NCBI RefSeq assembly: GCF_004010195.1
Contig: NC_057718.1
Location: forward strand, 81,087,666 to 81,151,665
DNA length: 64,000 nucleotides
Direction: 5' to 3'
Source of the DNA: Chiloscyllium plagiosum
Lineage: Eukaryota
Positions 26,230 to 37,506 of this stretch are shown in pieces (position 1 is the first letter of the stretch; each line of letters opens with the position of its first letter). The notes beneath the pieces are model-generated. The model saw nothing but the letters and a program-made list of their open reading frames with translations. It was not told the origin of the DNA and ran no database searches. Position numbers and translations under genes: made by a program.

Positions 26230-26734
26230 ATTAAGCAAAACACTATTTATTTAAATACTATAGTTAAAATACAGACAGAAGAAAGAGGAATATAGAATTA
26301 CTTAACTATTGGAAAAAATAACCAAATCATAGATACCGTACCCATTACTAATTAACTGTTCCAATACAGTAACATCTCATAAACACACCTCTTGGCAGAA
26401 AGGTAAATTCAGACGCACATTCCTATAAGCCGTTCAGCATTGAGAGATTTCTGAGAACGTCACAGTTAGAAATCATTTAGGATTCAAACAACTTCTCACT
26501 GTAACAGCTTAAAAAAAATATAAAACCTGTTCTCAGAGAACTGGCCACTCCCCTTCCATCAATGGAACTGTTTTTTTTTTGAAAAGTCTAAAGACCTCTT
26601 AAACTATTGACTTATGTGGGCTGTCATAACTACTTTTGACACCTCTGCCTTTCCAACCCCTCTTTTAAAAAAACAGGATAAAATAACCTTTTTAAAGTGA
26701 CAGCATTATCACAACCTGGAACAATGTTCTTGGA

Positions 26735-27090
26735 GGGCATTACTGGTATTTTAGCAATGTCCTTGTCTCTGGGCCAAGAGGCTTGGGTGCAAATCCTGCG
26801 TATTCCAGAGGTGTATCATGACATATAGACGTAAAATTTCCAAGAATTGAAGATTGATGGGAAATGGTATTGTGGTAGTATCATTGGACTAGTAATAACG
26901 TTCTTGGAAGTCTTTTGTTGTGCAGTGGTAGTGTCCTTGCTTCCAGAAGTGCCAGACCATTGTCTGAACAAATTGATGAAAGAGATCTAGAAAAGATGAT
27001 TGAGGTTAGTATCCCTATCTCTGGACCAGAAGTCCAAGTTCACACCAGCTCCAGATTTGTCCTAATCACTCTGAAAACTTGATTTAAAAG
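26735..27090 (+). repeat. Cluster of 3-4 tandem short tRNA-head SINE-like fragments
   Basis: Repeated degenerate unit GTGCAGTGGTAGTGTCCTT...CCAGAAG...GTTCA...CCAGA...CTGAA. A minus-strand relative lies at ~39080-39180. Confidence 0.5.
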
Positions 27091-28361
27091 TACCTGTAAA
27101 TGAAAATTTGAGGGGTTGTAACATGATTCATCTTTTGTTGAAAGTAGTAGAAAGGAAGATTGGTGGTAGCAGAATATTTCAGCCACCCAGAATCTATTAT
27201 AATGGGTGTCGCCAACTAGGGGCAGTGAGGATCCTCCGAGGAAAGGGTAAGGTTAGTTTTCAGTGGGTCACCTCCCACTTCTTGATGCCCTGACGTGGGC
27301 ATCACATTTTACAGTGGGCAAGCCTTTCTGGCCTGGACTTGACCAGTGGAGTCATTGAAGTGACAGGGCACCATGTTAAATTTGTGTAAAGGGTTCAACA
27401 AGAAAATTGAGGTGATTAAACTGTTCTTTTTTTGATGGTGGTACTTGTGTCCTTTGAATGGTTAGCTTCTGACCTGGAAGACAAGACCTTTATTAATACA
27501 TTTATTATTGCACCGAAGTGATATTCTAGATTATATCCTCTCAAATCTGGCCTGGAGCTTGAATTCATCACCTTATGACTTGGGCCAATTGAGCAGAATG
27601 CTGAACCTATCTGGGAATGGAATGGAGCAATTCTTTTCAGTTTGAGCTATTTGCTTGAGAAACAGTTTAAATCTTACTGGGATATTGATGAGGGTTCTTT
27701 TCAAATTGGGAAAAGTTTTAATGTGTTTATACCAATATGTCTTCTGTTTCAGTCCAAGATATGAACAACATTATTTGACAAACCACTATCACAATTATAT
27801 TTGTACCACTTTTGAAAGTGCTACTTTTTACGAACTTAAAGGTTGTTGAGCAATCTCAATTATCAATCAGTGGAATCCATCAAGTTGGACTTGAAAACTT
27901 GTAGAACTGAAAGGATCATAGTATTATCAACTGTGTCACCCAGCGAGTTTTGTTATAAATGTCTCATAATACCATTAGTCTGCTGACATTCTCTATTTTG
28001 TGTATGTACCTGTGTGCACCATTCAATAGGGACTTTATTGTATGACTGCAGTTGTTTTATAAATTACATCAATGTGATCTGGTTTACTGTAAAGAGTAGT
28101 AGAACTACACTCTCCCATTTTCTGAGAGTATTCCTGTGTTGAGTGTTGCCATGAGCCTTGTGGAATTTGTCATTTGCAATCAGCAGTATTAGATTTAAAG
28201 TTGTCTTGGTCACCGGTTGTTGTCTTAATGATTTTAAGAGCTATGTTGCTTTAAGAATTGGATATGGTAATAATACAAGATTCAGGATGAAATCACATTG
28301 ACTAGTAGCCATGTACAGTCCAGCAGAAGTATGCAAGAAACAGGTTGAATATATAATTATA

Positions 28362-28570
28362 GAAGAGAAAATGAGGTCTGCAGATGCTGGAGATCAGAGA
28401 CGGAAATGTGTTGCTGGAGAAGCGCAGCAGGTCAGGCAGCATCTAGGGAACAGGAGAATCGACGTTTCGGGCATTAGCCTTCTTCCTGAAGAAGGGCTAA
28501 TGCCCGAAACGTCGATTCTCCTGTTCCCTAGATGCTGCCTGACCTGCGCTTCTCCAGCAACACATTTCCG
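28362..28570. mobile_element. Fold-back Penelope-terminus insertion (family A), young
   Basis: Inverted arms of ~80 bp with intact CpGs. Perfect 12-bp TSD TATATAATTATA at 28350-28361 and 28571-28582. Confidence 0.92.
28484..28515 (+). ncRNA. Putative minimal type-I hammerhead ribozyme motif (family A)
   Basis: UC-CUGAAGA-A-GGGC(UAAU)GCCC-GAAA-CG-UC-GA. Predicted cleavage 3' of C28513; helix III is the palindrome ACGU. Confidence 0.6.
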
Positions 28571-30854
28571 TATATAATTATATACAACTGGAGGTTATAG
28601 TCTGAATTGTTACAAAAGCCTGTGGAAGCTTTCAAGTAAAGTAAATTCATGTTATTTTAGCTGTGTTACTTACTAATATAAGAAATACATTTCTCGCATA
28701 TTTTATTTTCTCTCCATTCTTTCTTGAAAGCCTGAAGTCTAAATGATTTTGGTTGGTGTCTTTTGGAATTTAGTACTGGTCACTCTGTTGTTGTAGGAGC
28801 CTAACATTGCAAGGACACATCTTATATTGTTGTGTATGTGTACAGTTTCCTTCAAGTCCAAAGTAATATAACATGGATGAGGATAGCCACCTTTCTTGTT
28901 TAACTTGTAGAGTCTTGTTGAGTAATCAGTAGGAAATATTTTGCATTCCAGCAACTATTTACAAATCACTTAAATATGATCCACATTACTGGAGGTTGTG
29001 TTCCTACTTAATCTGTGACATCATCACTGCTGGTGGTACTTATTGCACTCAAACAAGTATTAATCCTTTTGACCCATATACAAGAATTTGTACTGAAAGT
29101 GTGGGCTGTTTTTACAGGCAACACTAATGAGGATGGACCATGACTCTTTCTGGAGGAAGAGAAGTGATGCCACATTAGATAATTTATCTTTGTGGAAGTA
29201 TTGGGTTAATGTTTGTCCTTTTGTTTTAATTTCAGAAATTACTCAACCATGCCTAGACATTTTCAAGTGAACATAGGAATATGAATAAGAGTTACTGCAA
29301 TGAGTAATTTGACACAGATTTTGTAATTGTGTCTCTCCACTTTGTCCATAATTTTTGCCTTGAAAAGCAATGAATATTTACTAATTACATTTGAAATTTA
29401 TTTGTGCCATCTTTGTATTCTGAATAAATCTGTTGTTAATGGTAGTGTAGTTGGGCTGTGAAGTTGTTGCTGTGACGCAGAGCCTCCCTAGTTGATCAGG
29501 AAGCTCTCCCTCGAAGAAAAGCTTCCTCGCCATTGAATCTTGCTTATATTGTATGTGTGCTACTGCTACTTGTAAAAAGAGAAACAGCGTAAATGGCATA
29601 TAGTTCTATGTTACATGCCAGGGAGGATATGCTGTTAATAAAATTCAGGCCTCTGTTTCTCATAGGATATCAGTATGTCAACTTTCTAAACTTGGGATTA
29701 AATACCCAAATTTATCCAACCCGTCATCATAATTTAACCCTGGTATAATTTTGGCACATGTATCTTCTGTAAGACTAATAAAATCCACCCGACAGTGCAG
29801 TTTTCAAAACTAAATACTTCAACTTTTAACAAGGTCTTGAATAACTAAAACAAACTTCCTCCTTTGTATTTCAACTTCTGCAACCAAGTGCAAAATCTCC
29901 CTTAGCCTCCCTTATGATTCTTTTTTGTCCTTTTGCAATAAATTTTAGTTGTTTGTATGTCTGTAAGCCCTTTGCCTCTTCGAGTGTCTAGTCTCTTGCA
30001 TCTGCTAATTGTGTTTAAAAGGCTGATGATGTCTTTCATATTCCCTTGCCCCACAAATGATTGCAGTGGGAAAAAGTGGTGATGAGACAAGCTAAACATG
30101 CACAGCTCTGAAAATGAACACCAGACCAGCCAAAGTGAGTCAGTCATCTTTTAAACTGGTTGAATTTTTATTTATGCAAAGGTAGTGTTCTCATTGATTG
30201 ACCACTGCCATTGATTATTCTAGAAGAAAAATCCTTCCAAAGTGAATTGACAGAGAAGTTCCTGCTGTTACAGTAATCTAATTCAGGAAGGATAAAAAAA
30301 AAATGGCTATGTGCTAATAAAATGGAAAAAGCAGTGCACTGGTGGATGGTTATATAAATAATGTCATTTTGATTTTCTTATCAGCCCCAAGGTTAGAGAC
30401 TGCATCGTGGGTTATCAGTCATCTTGGGCTTCAATCTGCCAGGCAAGGTTATTTTCTGTTGAACAGCGAGTGTACAATTAACGTCACCATAGAAATTGTA
30501 AAGAAAAAGATCTTGATTGCTGGTGGTGCAAAAATTAAATTAATCTCCATGATTAGCAAACTAAACTGAAGTAAAATGTTTCATTTTATATTGTTTGGAT
30601 GGCATTACAATGTCAAATTATAACTGTCCACATTTGCTTCTGCTTTATTTGAATAAGCTATTTTAAAAAGTCAGCTATTTCAAAGAATAAGCAATTCTTC
30701 CCTCTTTCTAATTGTTTGGAGCTTGAAATTAATAACAAACAATGATCATTTGACTTGGAAAATGTATAAATATGACTTCTTGATTGTGATAAATTATCAT
30801 GAATGTACCTGTAAATTTAACCTGGAGTGCGTCAACAAGCTTGTCATTTGCACC

Positions 30855-30966
30855 AAAATCGACATTGCTGGAGAAACTCAGCAAGTCTAGCAGCAACTGT
30901 GGAATGAAGGCAGAGTTAACATTTTGAGTCTTGTCACACATCTTCGCAAACTGAGCTGATGAAGAG
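30855..30966. mobile_element. Old Penelope-terminus element truncated by a CR1 3' end
   Basis: ATTGCTGGAGAAACTCAGCAAGTCTAGCAGCAACTGTGGA...GAGTTAAC resembles 5830-6050. Ends at CTGATGAAGAG, abutting the CR1 tail. Confidence 0.6.
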
Positions 30967-33900
30967 TTATAGAGTTGTACAGCACGGAAACAGACCCCTC
31001 AGTCCAACACGTCCATGCTGACCACATATCCTAAATTAATCTAGTCCCATTTGCCAGTATTTGGCATATAATCCCTCTAAACCCTTGCTATTCACACTCC
31101 CATCCAGATGCCTTTTAAATGCTGCAATTGTACCAGCCTCCTCCACTTCCTCTGGCTGCTCATTTCATACATGCACTACCCTTGCGTGAAAAAGTTGCCC
31201 CTTAGGTCTCTTTTATATCTTTCCCCTCTCATCCTAAACCGATGCCCTCTAGTTCTGGACTCCCCCACCCTAGGGAAAAGATCTTGGCTATTCATCCTAT
31301 CCATGACCCTCATGATTTTATAAACCTCTATAAGGTCACCCCTCAGCCTCCGATGCTCCAGGGAAAATGGACCTAGCCTATTCAGCCTCCCTTTAGCTCA
31401 AGCCCTTCAACCCTGGCAACATCCTTGTAAATCTTTTCTGAACCTTTTCAAGTTTCACAACATCTTTCCTATAGCAGAAAGACTAGATTGCACACAATAT
31501 TCCAAAGTGGCCTAACCAATGTCCTGTACAGCCATGACATGACTGTCCAAGTCTGATACTCAGTGCACTGACCAATAAAGGTAAGCATACCATCTTCACT
31601 ATCCTATCTACTTGCAACTCCAGGGAATGAGCTGGATGAACTTCAGATCATTTGTGAGGCAGAGAGTTTTATTGAGAGGATAATAAAGAGAGGTACTTAC
31701 ACCTCGTGCAAGAAAAAGGGAGATGGATTACAGTCAGGGGACAGAAAGGGTACAGGCAGGCAGTGCAGGGAACCCATGTGGCCAGTCCCCTCAAAACCTA
31801 TACCGTTTTGGATACTGGGAGGTGGGAGGAGGGGTAAGCCATAAAGTACAGGTCTCTGGCACAGAGTCTATCGCTGTTGTTCAGAAGGGAGGGGGAAATC
31901 ATTGGGGAATTCCATAGTTAGATTGGAGATTCTGTGGGAATGAGAGAGACTCACGGTTGGTGTATTGCCTACCAGGTGCGAGGGTTTGTGATGTCGGACA
32001 GTGTTTTTGGGATCCTTGAGGAAGAGGAGCAGTCCCAAGTCATGGTCCATGTAGGCACTAACGACATAGATAGGAAGAGGGATGGGAATTTAAAGCAGAA
32101 ATTTGGGGAGCAAGGGTGGAAGCTTAGTGCTAGAACAAAGAGTTGTTATCTCTTGTTTTGCCTGTGCCACATGCTAGCGAGGGCAGGAAATGGGAGATAG
32201 AGGAGTTGGACACATAGCTACAGGGATGATGCAGAAGCAAGGATTTTGGAAAACTGGATAATTGGTAGATGGGACCTCTACAATCAGGATGGTCTACACC
32301 TGAACTAGAGGGGTAGCAATATCATGGGGTTGGTTGGTTGGGCGGGGGGGGGGGGGGGGGGGTGGGGAAACGGGTGGGTGGAGAGATTTACTAATGCTCT
32401 TCGGGAGGCTTTAAACTCATTCAGCAGGGGGATGGGAACCAAAATTGTAGTTCCAGTGTCCAGGAGGTTGAGAGCAGTGAGGTCAGAAATGTGTTTTCAA
32501 AGTCGCAAGAGTTCACTGGCAAGCAGGAAGTGGTTTGAAGTGTGGCGACTTCAATGTCGGGAGCATCTGGAATAAGGTGGGTGAACTTGCAGCATGGGTT
32601 GGTATCTGGGACTTCAATGTTTTGGTTATTTCAGAGCAGGGACAGGAATGGTTGTCGCAGGTTCCCGGATTTAGATGTTTCAGTAAGATCAGAGAAGATG
32701 GGAAAAGAGGGGGAGGTGTGGCATTGTTCGTCATGGACAGTATTACGGTGGCAGAAATTACATTTGAGGACTCATCTACTGAGGTAGTATGGGCTGAGGT
32801 TAGAAACAGGAAAGGAGAGGTCACTCTGTTGGGAATTTTCTATTGGCCTCCAAATAGTTCCAGAGATGTAGAGGAAAGAATTGTGAAAATGAGGTGCGAA
32901 AGCAACAGGGTAGTTGTTATGGGGGATTTGAACTTTCCAAATATGAACTGGAAATACCATAATTCGAGTACTTTAGATGGTGTCAGTTTTTGTCCAATGT
33001 GTGCAGGATGGTTTCCTGACTCAGTATAGACAAGCCAACAAGGGGCGAGGCTACATTGGATTTGTACTGGGTAATGAACCTGGCCAGATGTTAGATTTGG
33101 GGTAGGTTAGCCCCACAGTGACCACAGTTTGATTATGTTTACTTTTGCGATGGAAAAGGGGAGGTATATACGGCAGGACACGAATTATTGCTGGGAGAAA
33201 GGCAATTATGATGCAATTAGGCAGGATTTAGGATGCATAGGATGGGGCAGGAAATTGCAGGGATGGACACAATTGAAATGTGAAGCTTATTCAAGGAACA
33301 GCTACTGTGTGTCCTTGATAAGTATGTACCTGTCAGGCAGGGAGGAAGTGGTCGAATGAAGGAGCCGTGGTTTACTAAAGAAATTGAATCTCTTGTCAAG
33401 AGGAAGAAGGAGGTTTATTTTAGGATGAGATATGAAGACTCAGTTCGGGCGCTTGATAGTTAAGTTAGCCAGGAAAGACCTAAAGAAAAGCTAAGATGAG
33501 CGAGGAGGGGACATGAGAAGTTGACAGATACGATCAAGGAAAACCTTATGGTTTCTATCGGTATATCAGGAATAAAAGAATGACTGGGGAAAGATTAGGG
33601 CCAATCAAGGATAGAAGTGGGAAGTTGTGTATGGAATCCGAGGAGATGGGGAAGTGCTAAATGAGTATTTTTCATCAGTATTCACACTGGAAAAAGACAA
33701 TGTTGTCGAGGAGAATACTGAGATACAGGCTAATGGACTAGATGGGATTGAGGTTCACAAGGAGGAAGTGGTAGCAAATCTGGGAAGTGTGAAAATAGAC
33801 AATCCGCCGGGCTGGATCGGATTGAAACCTAAGATTCTCTGGGAAGCCAGGACGGAGATTTCAGAGCCTTTGGCTTTGATCTTTATGTCATTATTGTCTA

Positions 33901-36577
33901 CTGGAATAGTGCCAGAAGATTAGAGGATAGCAAATGTTGTCCCATTGTTCAAAAAGGGGAGTAGAGACAACCCTGGTAGACCAGTGAGCCTTATTGGGTA
34001 AAGTGTAGGAAAAGGTTATAAGAGAGAGGATTTATAATCATTTGGAGAGGAATAAGTTGATTAGGGATAGTCAACATGGTTTTGTGAAGGGTAGGTCATA
34101 CCTCTCAAACCTTGTTAAGTTCTTTGAGATGATGACCAAACAGGTGGATGAGGGTAAAGCGGTTGATGTAGTGTATATGGATTTCAGTAAGGCATTTGAT
34201 AAGGTTCCCCATGAATAGACTATTGCACAACATATGGAGACATGGGATTGAGGGTGATTTTGCGGTTTGGATCAGAAATTGGCTAGCTGAAAGAAATCAT
34301 AGAGTGGTGGTTGATGGGAAATGTTCATCCTAGAGTACAGTTACTAGTGGTGTACTGCAAGGATCTTTTTGGGGCCACTGCTATTTGTAATTTTTCTAAA
34401 TTACCTAGATGAGGATGTAGAAAGATGGGTTCATAAATTTGCGGATGACACTATGGTCGGTGGATAGCGCTGAAGGATGTTGCAGGTTACAGAGACATAG
34501 ATAAGCTGCAAAGCTGTGCTGAGAAGTGGCAAATGGAGTTTAATGCAGAAAAGTGAGAGGTGATTCACTTTGAAAAGAGCAACAGGAAGAAAGAGTACTG
34601 GACGATTTGTAAGATTCTTGGTAGTGTAGATGACCAGAGATCTCGGTGTCCATGCATAGATCCTTGAAAGTTGCTACCCAGGTTGATAGGGTTGGTAAGA
34701 AAGCATACAGTGTGTTAGCTTTTAGTGGTAGAGGGATTGTGTTTCAGAGCCATGAGGTCATGCTGCAGCTGCACAACTCTGGTACGGATGCACTTGGAGT
34801 ATTGTGCACAGTTCTGATCATCGCATTGTGGGGAGGATGTGGAGCCTTTGGAAAGGGTTCAGAGGAGATTTACTAGGATGTTGCCTGGTCTGGAGGGAAG
34901 CTCTTAGGGGGAAACGCTGAGGGACTTGAGGCTATTTTCATTCGAGAGAAGGTTGAAAGGTGAATTAATTGAGACATGTAAGGTAATCAGAGGATTGGAT
35001 AGAGCTTCTTTTTCCTTGGATGGTGATGGCTCGCATGAGGGAATGTAGCTATAAATTGATGGGTTATAGATGTAAGGTACATGTCAGAGGTAATTTGTTA
35101 TTACCTATTGACTGCTGTGCCTGCAACAGCAGTAGACTCGCTAAATTCAAGGGGCATTTAAATGGTCATTGAATAAAGTCTGGATGAAAAAGGAATAGTG
35201 TAGGATAGGTAGATAGGCTTCAGATTCGTTCTACAGTTCACTGCAACATCGAGGGATGAAGGGCCTTTATTGCACTGTAATGTTCTATAATCTACATTCC
35301 ACTTTTAAGGAACTATGAATTTGTAATACAGCGTCTCTTTATTCAGCAACACTTGCCAGGACCTTATCATTTAGTGTATAGGTCCTGCCCTGATCTACTT
35401 TTCCAAACAGCACCTCGCAGTTATCCAAGTTAAACTCCATCTGCCACTCCTCAGCCCATTGAGCTAGCTCCTCATGATCCCATTGTACTTTGATGTAACC
35501 ACTTTCGCTGTTGACTTCATTTCCAATTTTGGTGTTATCTGCAAGCTTACTAACTATGCTTCCTATGTTCTTATCCAAATCATTTATATAAATGACGAAA
35601 AGCATTGGACCCAACATTGATCTTTGTGGCACACCGCTGATCACAGGCCTCCAGTCTGAAAAGCAACCCTCCACCACCACTTCCTGTCTTCTGCCTTCAG
35701 GCCACTTTTGTTTCCAAATGGCTAACTCTCCTTGTATTCCATGTGATCTAAACTTGCTTACCAGTCTATCATGAGGAACCTTGTCGACTGTCTGACTGGT
35801 GTCCATGTAGATTACATCCACTTCTCTGTCCTCATCAACCTGCTTTGTTACTTCTTCAAAAAACTTAATCAAGTTCATGCGACATGGTTTCCCACACATG
35901 CAGCTAGGTTGCTGCTCCCTAATTAGTCCTTGCTTTTCCAAATGCATGTAAATCCTGTCCCTCAGGATTTCTTCCAACAGCTTGCCCACCACCGATGTCA
36001 GGCTCAGCGGTCTATAGTGCCCTGGCTTTTCCTCACCACCTTTCTTACGTAGTGGCACCGTGTTAGCCAACCTCCAGTCTTCTGGCAACTCACCTGTAGT
36101 TATCTGTGAGACAAATATCTCAGCAAGAGGCACAGCAATCTCTTCCCTACTTTCTCAGAGTTCTAGGCTACATCTGATTAGGTCCCGGGGATTTATTCAC
36201 TCGTGTTTTAAGCCATCCACCACCACCACATGTAATATGGACATTTTTCAAGATGTTGCTATTTATTTCTCCAAGTTCACTATCTTCCATACTCTTCTCC
36301 TTAGCAAATACTGATGCAAAATACTTCTATCTTCTGCTGTTCCACACAAAGGCATCTTTAAGACGCCCTATTGTCTCCCTTGTTACCATTTTGTCCTTCA
36401 TGTATTTGTAGAATCCCTATCGATTCTCCTTAACTCTATTTGTCAAAGCTGTCTCCTGTCCCCTTTCTGCCCTCCTGATTTCCCTCAAGATTACTCCTAC
36501 TGCCTTTATACTCTTTCAGGGATTCATTCAGTCTCCAGTGTCTATACCTGACATATATTGCCGCCTTATTCTTGACT
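30967..36577 (-). mobile_element. CR1 LINE (minus) split into 30967-31622 and 35298-36577 by a second CR1
   Basis: RT ORF 35339-36133 (YRPLSLTSVVGKLLE, YMDTSQTVDKVPH, GVPQRSMLGP, LADNTK). Sequence is collinear across the gap (…CTTGCAACTCCA | TCCACTTTTAAGG…). Confidence 0.88.
31623..35296 (+). mobile_element. Near-full-length degenerate CR1 LINE (ORF1 esterase region, ORF2 EN-RT, tail)
   Basis: VMVHVGTNDI (SGNH-type ORF1); GKRGGGVALFV and VVVMGDLNFPNMNW (EN); YMDFSKAFDKVPH and FADDT (RT). Many stops and frameshifts. Confidence 0.92.
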
Positions 36578-37044
36578 AAAACTCTGGAGAGAAATCAGAG
36601 TTAACTCTTTGGGTCTCGTGGCCCTTCCTCAGAACAAGTGTGTTGCTCTTTCTAGGAGCACAAGGACAGATCGAGGCACATGGAAGACAGGCTCTATGGG
36701 AATGCACTGGAGGTAATTTGTTTATGTGCAGTCTTCTTAGGAAGTGTCTCACAATTGAGGATGGCTTTCTTCCACTCCAGAGTTGTAATCCTGTAGTAGT
36801 TAAACAGCAGTGGTTTGGTGTTGCCAATGCAGGTCATTATGTTCTAAGTCCCAAAATTTGAGAGGTTTGGAAGATGCCTGTGCATCTTTTAACACGAGCA
36901 GACATTGTTCACAATTTCTGTACTGTTCTGGAAGAGCCTCTCACGTCTTTGTCCATTGTTAGTGAAGGCAGAGATGATTAGAAGCCCATGTGCACAAGTA
37001 AGAATGAACATGTCCATTATTTGTACTGGACTGATGAACCATGT

Positions 37045-37506
37045 TGTTATGACACTGGGTAAACCCTCCTGTTTAATTTAAACCAGCAATACAGAAAAAA
37101 TGTATCTCATGCAGTAACCTGTGGAAATTTGAGAGTCCAAGAACTATTTTAAGTAAAAATCAACAACTTTATTTCTTAAAGTATAACCAAAAATAATTAA
37201 CTATCAATTCTTTACAACTTCTTCTTCTAACCTATTTTTTACTTTCCCTGCTACAATACTAGTTCAATAAAAATCCTGATTAAGATTTACAAAACAAAAC
37301 TTACCTCAGAACCAGGCAGTTTTCGGTTCTTCTTTTCTTTTCCTTGGGGATTCTGCTCCACAGGTTACTGCTCAATAAAGGTACCTTTAAGAGAGCTATT
37401 TTTTTGGGCAGTCTTTACATGCTGGTGGCTTGGCAGCTCTCCCAAGTTTGCTTCCCAAGTCCTTCACTCTCTTAAAGGTACAGTACGCTTCTACACCTTC
37501 ATAACA
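37045..37506. mobile_element. Solo LTR (Gypsy-type), 462 bp
   Basis: Perfect 8-bp terminal inverted repeat TGTTATGA...TCATAACA and 4-bp TSD ATGT (37041-37044, 37507-37510). Confidence 0.88.

Larger units (their letters stand above)
24420..26713 (-). mobile_element. Gypsy (Gmr1-like) LTR retrotransposon 5' half: 5' LTR, tRNA-Pro-like PBS, degenerate gag; pol missing
   Basis: LTR ~26713-25978. Immediately after it TGGGGGCTCTTGTCAGGAT (25975-25957) resembles the tRNA-Pro PBS TGGGGGCTCGTCCGGGAT. gag has an E/K/R coiled coil, a SCAN-like capsid segment (IFLEEFKNSHPEGVRTLVEEQ...AVEMADD) and the zinc knuckle CFHCNKVGHMKSQC (~24710-24665). Confidence 0.85.

Noticed and set aside
22661..26713. LTRs at 22661 and 25978 as the paired LTRs of one provirus
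   Set aside because: Outer flanks GAAT vs ACCT give no TSD, the LTRs are clearly diverged, and no PPT or pol lies between them.
32344..32368. Long G run as a functional G-quadruplex
   Set aside because: Homopolymer expansion inside a dead CR1; its length is also prone to sequencing error.
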